IMG/VR virus record: IMGVR_UViG_2671181127_000002
Strand: one strand, 5' to 3'
Source of the DNA: a virus
Taxonomy: Duplodnaviria; Heunggongvirae; Uroviricota; Caudoviricetes
Length of the DNA stretch: 19,238 bases
Part shown: piece after piece, positions 14,398-19,238 of the stretch
Layout of the letters: the number at the start of each line of letters is the position of its first letter
Position numbering within the stretch: the stretch's first letter is position 1
The notes under the pieces: model-generated
Databases searched by the model: none
Told to the model about the DNA's origin: nothing
The model's input: only the letters and a program-made list of their open reading frames with translations
Translations under genes and position numbers: made by a program

Positions 14398-16951
14398 TCT
14401 TGTTATTGACCTGAGTCTGGATGCTGTCCGTTTCGATGAGCAGATGAGCCGGGTAAGGCGTCATTTTTCAGGACTGGATACCGACGCCAGAAAAACCGCC
14501 GGTGCCGTTGAGCAGAGTCTGAACCGTCAGGCGCTGGCCGCACAAAAAGCCGGGATTTCCGTCGGGCAGTATAAAGCAGCCATGCGTACCCTGCCCGCAC
14601 AGTTTACGGATATCGCCACGCAGCTTGCCGGTGGTCAGAATCCCTGGCTCATCCTGCTGCAACAGGGCGGTCAGGTGAAGGACTCCTTCGGCGGGATGAT
14701 CCCCATGTTCAGGGGGCTTGCCGGTGCGATCACCCTGCCGATGGTCGGGGTCACCTCGCTGGCGGTGGCGACAGGTGCGCTGGCGTACGCCTGGTACCAG
14801 GGGGATTCCACGCTTTCAGAATTTAATAAAACGCTGGTCCTTTCCGGCAATCAGGCCGGACTGACTGCCGATCGTATGCTGACGCTCTCAAGAGCCGGGC
14901 AGGCAGCAGGGCTGACGTTTAACCAGGCGAGAGAGTCACTGGCAGCCCTGGTGAATGCCGGTGTGCGTGGTGGTGAACAGTTTGATGCCATTAACCAGAG
15001 TGTCGCGCGTTTTGCGTCTGCATCCGGTGTGGAGGTGGATAAAGTCGCTGAAGCCTTCGGGAAGCTGACCACTGACCCGACGTCGGGACTGATGGCGATG
15101 GCGCGCCAGTTCCGTAACGTGACGGCAGAGCAGATTGCGTATGTTGCACAGCTGCAGCGTTCCGGAGACGAGGCCGGTGCCTTACAGGCGGCGAACGATG
15201 CTGCCACGAAAGGCTTTGATGAGCAGACCCGCCGCCTGAAAGAGAACATGGGGACGCTGGAAACCTGGGCAGATAAAACAGGGAAGGCGTTCAAATCGAT
15301 GTGGGATGCCATTCTGGATATCGGTCGTCCGGAATCCTCAGCGGATATGCTCGCCAGTGCGCAGAAGGCATTTGATGAGGCGGATAAAAAATGGCAGTGG
15401 TACCAGAGCCGGAGCCAGCGCCGCGGTAAAACCTCCTCTTTCCGGGCCAACCTTCAGGGCGCATGGGATGACCGGGAAAATGCCCGTCTGGGTCTGGCAG
15501 CGGCAACGCTGCAGTCGGATATGGAAAAAGCCGGTGAACTGGCGGCAAGGGACAGGGCTGAGCGTGAGTCGTCACAGCTGAAGTATACCGGAGAGGCGCA
15601 GAAGGCGTATGAGCGCCTGCTGACGCCACTGGAGAAATATACCGCCCGGCAGGAAGAGCTGAATAAGGCCCTGAAAGACGGGAAAATCCTGCAGGCGGAT
15701 TACAACACGCTGATGGCGTCGGCAAAAAAGGATTATGAATCGACGCAGAAAAAGCCGTCCGGTGTGAAGGTGTCTGCCGGTGAGCGCCAGGAAGACCGGG
15801 CGCATGCAGCCATGCTGGCGCTTGAAACCGAGCTCAGGACGCTGGAAAAGCATGCCGGTGCGAATGAAAAAATCAGCCAGCAGCGCCGGGATTTATGGAA
15901 AGCGGAAAATCAGTATGTGGTCCTGAAAGAGGCCGCCACGAAACGGCAGTTATCTGAGCAGGAAAAATCCCTGCTGGCCCATGAGAAAGAGACGCTGGAG
16001 TACAAACGCCAGCTGGCTGACCTGGGCGACAAGGTTGAACACCAGAAACGGCTGAATGAGCTGGCACAGCAGGCGGCGCGGTTTGAACAGCAGCAGAGCG
16101 CGAAGCAGGCCGCCATCAGCGCAAAAGCCCGCGGCCTCACCGACCGTCAGGCGCAGCGGGAGTCGGAAGAGCAGCGCCTTCGTGACGTGTACGGTGATAA
16201 TCCGGATGCGCTGGCGAAGGCCACATCTGCACTGAAGAACACCTGGTCTGCGGAGGAGCAGCTTCGTGGAAGCTGGATGGCGGGTCTGAAGTCCGGCTGG
16301 GGCGAGTGGGCGGAAAGTGCGACGGACAGTTTTTCGCAGGTTAAAAGCGCGGCCACGCAGACCTTTGACGGTATTGCACAGAATATGGCAGCGATGCTGA
16401 CCGGCAGCGAACAGAACTGGCGTGGTTTCACCCGTTCCGTGCTCTCCATGCTGACAGAGATTTTTCTGAAGCAGGCGATGGTGGGGATTGTCGGGCGTAT
16501 CGGCAGCGCCATTGGTGGTGCTTTCGGTGGTGGCGCATCCGCTTCCACGGGGACGGCCATTCAGGCTGCGGCGGCGAACTTCCATTTCGCGACCGGGGGA
16601 TTTACGGGAACCGGTGGCAAATATGAGCCAGCGGGGATTGTCCACCGCGGGGAGTTTGTCTTCACGAAGGAGGCAACCAGCCGGATTGGTGTCGGGAACC
16701 TGTACCGCCTGATGCGGGGCTATGCGGAAGGGGGGTATGTGGGTGCTGCCGGAAGTCCGGCGCAGATGCGGCGGGCCGAAGGCATTAATTTTAATCAGAA
16801 CAATCACGTGGTGATTCAGAACGACGGCATCAACGGACAGGCCGGGCCGCAGCTGATGAAAGCGGTGTATGAGATGGCCCGTAAAGGTGCGCAGGATGAG
16901 CTCCGGCTGCAGTTGCGTGATGGCGGTCTGTTATCGGGGAGCGGGCGATGA
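14378..16951 (+). CDS. H: Tail tape measure protein gpH-like
   Basis: 857 aa, close to lambda gpH in size and sequence (PVGDLV.DLSLDA.RFDEQM..VRRHFSG at the N-terminus, HFATGGFTGTGGKYEPAGIVHRGEFVFTKEATSRIGVGNLYRLMRGYA near the C-terminus). Confidence 0.95.
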   Translation: MSQPVGDLVIDLSLDAVRFDEQMSRVRRHFSGLDTDARKTAGAVEQSLNRQALAAQKAGISVGQYKAAMRTLPAQFTDIATQLAGGQNPWLILLQQGGQVKDSFGGMIPMFRGLAGAITLPMVGVTSLAVATGALAYAWYQGDSTLSEFNKTLVLSGNQAGLTADRMLTLSRAGQAAGLTFNQARESLAALVNAGVRGGEQFDAINQSVARFASASGVEVDKVAEAFGKLTTDPTSGLMAMARQFRNVTAEQIAYVAQLQRSGDEAGALQAANDAATKGFDEQTRRLKENMGTLETWADKTGKAFKSMWDAILDIGRPESSADMLASAQKAFDEADKKWQWYQSRSQRRGKTSSFRANLQGAWDDRENARLGLAAATLQSDMEKAGELAARDRAERESSQLKYTGEAQKAYERLLTPLEKYTARQEELNKALKDGKILQADYNTLMASAKKDYESTQKKPSGVKVSAGERQEDRAHAAMLALETELRTLEKHAGANEKISQQRRDLWKAENQYVVLKEAATKRQLSEQEKSLLAHEKETLEYKRQLADLGDKVEHQKRLNELAQQAARFEQQQSAKQAAISAKARGLTDRQAQRESEEQRLRDVYGDNPDALAKATSALKNTWSAEEQLRGSWMAGLKSGWGEWAESATDSFSQVKSAATQTFDGIAQNMAAMLTGSEQNWRGFTRSVLSMLTEIFLKQAMVGIVGRIGSAIGGAFGGGASASTGTAIQAAAANFHFATGGFTGTGGKYEPAGIVHRGEFVFTKEATSRIGVGNLYRLMRGYAEGGYVGAAGSPAQMRRAEGINFNQNNHVVIQNDGINGQAGPQLMKAVYEMARKGAQDELRLQLRDGGLLSGSGR

Positions 16952-17277
16952 AAACCTTTCGCTGGAAAGTGAAACCGGATATGGAGGTGAACTCGCAGCC
17001 ATCGGTGCGTGAAGTGCGTTTTGGTGACGGGTACTCACAGCGTATGGCGGCAGGGCTGAATGCTGACCTGAAAACATACCGGGTGATGCTTTCCGTGACC
17101 CGGGAGGAGGCCCGTCATCTGGAAGCGTTCCTGGCAGAGCACGGTGGCTGGAAGGCATTTTTGTGGAAGCCACCCTATGCATACCGGCAGATAAAGGTGA
17201 CCTGTGCCGGGTGGTCTGCGCGGGTCGGGATGTTGCGCGTTGAGTTCAGCGCGGAGTTTAAGCAGGTGGTGAACTGA
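16948..17277 (+). CDS. M: Minor tail protein gpM-like
   Basis: 109 aa, nearly collinear with lambda gpM (MKTFRWKVKP, VRFGDGYSQR, RQIKVTCA, MLRVEFSAEF.QVVN). Confidence 0.9.
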   Translation: MKTFRWKVKPDMEVNSQPSVREVRFGDGYSQRMAAGLNADLKTYRVMLSVTREEARHLEAFLAEHGGWKAFLWKPPYAYRQIKVTCAGWSARVGMLRVEFSAEFKQVVN

Positions 17278-17975
17278 TGCAGGATATTCACGAAGAAAGT
17301 CTGAACGAGTCGGTTAAATCAGAGCAGTCACCGCGGGTGGTGCTCTGGGAAATCGACCTGACGGTACAGGGCGGTGAGCGGTATTTTTTCTGCAATGAGC
17401 TGAATGAAAAAGGGGAGCCGGTCACCTGGCAGGGGCGGCAATATCAGGCGTACCCGATTGAGGGCAGCGGCTTTGAGATGAACGGAAAGGGCAGCAGTGC
17501 CCGCCCGTCGCTGACGGTGTCCAATCTTTTCGGCCTTGTCACCGGAATGGCGGAGGATTTGCAGAGCCTGGTGGGGGCCACGGTGGTCCGCCGCCGGGTG
17601 TATGCCCGTTTTCTGGATGCGGTGAATTTCGTTGCGGGCAATCCGGAAGCGGACCCGGAGCAGGAGCTGAGTGACCGCTGGGTGGTGGAGCAGATGTCGC
17701 AGCTGACAGCCATGACGGCCTCGTTTGTGCTGGCCACACCGACCGAGACGGACGGGGCGCTGTTTCCCGGTCGCATCATGCTGGCGAACACCTGTATGTG
17801 GACCTACCGCTCTGATGAGTGTGGTTACACGGGCGGGGCTGTGGCGGATGAGTTCGACAACCCCACCACGGATATCCGTAAGGACAGATGCAGCAAGTGC
17901 ATGCGCGGGTGTGAACTGCGCAGGAATGTCGGCAATTTTGGCGGTTTCCTTTCCATTAATAAACTTTCGCAGTAA
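17277..17975 (+). CDS. L: Minor tail protein gpL-like
   Basis: 232 aa with high similarity to lambda gpL (VVLWEIDLT, GGERYFFCNE.NEKGEPVTWQGRQYQ, CSKC, NVGNFGGFLSINKLSQ). Confidence 0.9.
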   Translation: MQDIHEESLNESVKSEQSPRVVLWEIDLTVQGGERYFFCNELNEKGEPVTWQGRQYQAYPIEGSGFEMNGKGSSARPSLTVSNLFGLVTGMAEDLQSLVGATVVRRRVYARFLDAVNFVAGNPEADPEQELSDRWVVEQMSQLTAMTASFVLATPTETDGALFPGRIMLANTCMWTYRSDECGYTGGAVADEFDNPTTDIRKDRCSKCMRGCELRRNVGNFGGFLSINKLSQ

Positions 17976-17985
17976 ATCCCGGTTT

Positions 17986-18729
17986 ATGACACAGACTGAA
18001 TCAGCGATTCTGGCGCATGCCCGGCGGTGTGCGCCTGCGGAGTCGTGCGGCTTCGTGATAAGCACGCCGGAGGGGGAGTGGTATATCCCTTGTGTGAATA
18101 TTTCCGCAGAGCCGGAGACGTATTTTCGTATCGCACCGGAAGACTGGCTGCGGGCAGAGATGCAGGGGGAGATTGTGGCACTGGTCCACAGTCATCCCGG
18201 TGGTCTGCCCTGGCTGAGCGAGGCTGACCGGCGGCTGCAGATAAAAAGCGCACTGCCCTGGTGGCTGGTCAGCCGGGGTGACATTCACAAATTCCGCTGT
18301 GTGCCACATCTGACAGGACGGCGCTTTGAGCACGGGGTGACGGACTGTTACACGCTGTTCCGGGATGCCTACCATCTGGCGGGAATTGATATGCCGGATT
18401 TTCATCGCGAGGATGACTGGTGGCGCAACGGCCAGAACCTGTACCTGGACAATATGGAGGGAACGGGCTTTTACCGGGTGCCCCTGTCCTCTGCACAGGC
18501 GGGCGATATTCTGCTGTGCTGCTTTGGCGCATCGGTGGCCAACCATGCCGCCATTTACTGCGGCAACGGTGAACTGCTTCACCATCTGCCTGAACAACTG
18601 AGTAAACGGGAGAGGTATTCCGAAAAATGGCAACGACGAACGCATTCTGTCTGGCGTCACCGCCACTGGCACGCATCTGCCTTCACGGGGATTTACAACG
18701 ATTTGGCCGCCGCCTCAGCCTGTATGTGA
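17986..18729 (+). CDS. K: Tail assembly protein gpK-like (JAB/MPN plus NlpC/P60-like domains)
   Basis: Starts MTQTESAILAHARRCAPAESCGF as lambda K does. Carries a JAMM-type motif (HSHPGGLPWLSEAD) and a Cys-containing NlpC/P60-like segment (GVTDCYTLF). The ORF-track entry from 17725 is an upstream extension antisense-overlapping L. Confidence 0.9.
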   Translation: MTQTESAILAHARRCAPAESCGFVISTPEGEWYIPCVNISAEPETYFRIAPEDWLRAEMQGEIVALVHSHPGGLPWLSEADRRLQIKSALPWWLVSRGDIHKFRCVPHLTGRRFEHGVTDCYTLFRDAYHLAGIDMPDFHREDDWWRNGQNLYLDNMEGTGFYRVPLSSAQAGDILLCCFGASVANHAAIYCGNGELLHHLPEQLSKRERYSEKWQRRTHSVWRHRHWHASAFTGIYNDLAAASACM

Positions 18730-19238
18730 ACACGGCAGCGGAAGCCATCCGCGCCCTGTCGATGCAGGTGCCGGGCTTTCGCCGTCAGATGAACGAAGGC
18801 TGGTACCAGATACGTATTGCCGGTGAGGACACGGCACCGGAGGCGGTGTATGCCCGCCTTCACGAACAGCTGGGTGAGGGAACGGTCATCCACATTGTGC
18901 CGCGACTGGCCGGTGCCGGAAAGGGTGGACTGCAGATTGTGCTGGGGGCGGCAGCCATCGTGGGCTCTTTCTTCACTGCCGGAGCCACGATGGCGTTATG
19001 GGGTTCAGCCCTGGCAGCCGGTGGTTTTTCTGCCACCACGATGCTGTTTTCACTTGGAGCCAGCATGATTCTGGGTGGTGTGGCCCAGATGCTGGCCCCG
19101 AAGGCAAAAACACCGGATTACCGCGCAACGGATAACGGTAAACAGAACACGTACTTTTCCTCGCTGGATAACATGATTGCCCAGGGTAACCCGATGCCGG
19201 TGCCTTACGGGGAAATGCTGGTTGGCTCCCGCCGTATA
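18627..19238 (+). CDS. I: Tail assembly protein gpI-like, 3' end cut by the window
   Basis: ATG at 18627 overlaps the K 3' end in another frame, as in lambda. My translation (MATTNAFCLASPPLARICLHGDLQRFGRR...GKQNTYFSSLDNMIAQGNPMPVPYGEM) matches lambda gpI. It is absent from the ORF track because no stop occurs before the window ends. Confidence 0.85.
   Translation, partial: MATTNAFCLASPPLARICLHGDLQRFGRRLSLYVNTAAEAIRALSMQVPGFRRQMNEGWYQIRIAGEDTAPEAVYARLHEQLGEGTVIHIVPRLAGAGKGGLQIVLGAAAIVGSFFTAGATMALWGSALAAGGFSATTMLFSLGASMILGGVAQMLAPKAKTPDYRATDNGKQNTYFSSLDNMIAQGNPMPVPYGEMLVGSRRI

Noticed and set aside
15950-16807. 285-aa ORF on the minus strand
   Set aside because: It lies wholly antisense inside the tape measure gene (gpH-like), whose + strand reading is strongly supported. 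GC-rich coding DNA often gives long antisense open frames. It has no ribosome-binding site or recognisable features.
17725-17985. Upstream extension of the gpK-like ORF (track start at 17725)
   Set aside because: Lambda-K-like sequence starts at ATG 17986 (MTQTESAILAHARR). The extension overlaps the gpL-like gene in another frame.
17328-18672. Long minus-strand ORFs 17328..18065 (245 aa) and 18001..18672 (223 aa)
   Set aside because: Antisense to the gpL-like and gpK-like genes, which have clear lambda similarity on the + strand.
1-19238. Search for CRISPR arrays, tRNA or rRNA genes, and insertion sequences
   Set aside because: I saw no repeat-spacer arrays, no cloverleaf-compatible tRNA-like segments, and no transposase-like ORFs with terminal inverted repeats. 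The only notable repeats are the cosB motifs, the inverted repeat upstream of rha, and the intragenic repeats in C.

Overview
This window is the late region of a lambda-like (lambdoid) prophage, almost certainly from an enterobacterial host, with nearly all genes on the + strand. It runs from a phage-21-type lysis cassette (pinholin, SAR endolysin, Rz/Rz1 spanins), through a Rha-family regulator and an internal cos site, into the complete lambda-order head and tail module (Nu1, A, W, B, C/Nu3, D, E, FI, FII, Z, U, V, G/G-T, H, M, L, K, and I cut by the window end). Three things are not explained by the canonical layout. First, the lysis cassette carries lower-GC cargo: a 211-aa unknown protein translationally coupled to the holin, a convergent overlapping 86-aa acidic ORF on the - strand, and two small membrane peptides behind a terminator between the endolysin and Rz. 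Second, the large terminase gene is interrupted by an in-frame TAG at 4718..4720, so the prophage is probably packaging-defective unless this is a sequencing error. Third, cosB carries three copies of a non-lambda motif (AACCGGACATG) at lambda-like spacing next to a lambda-identical cosN. All homology calls rest on my recollection of lambda and phage 21 proteins, not on a database search; the cargo genes have no recognisable function and are the best candidates for an undescribed system.
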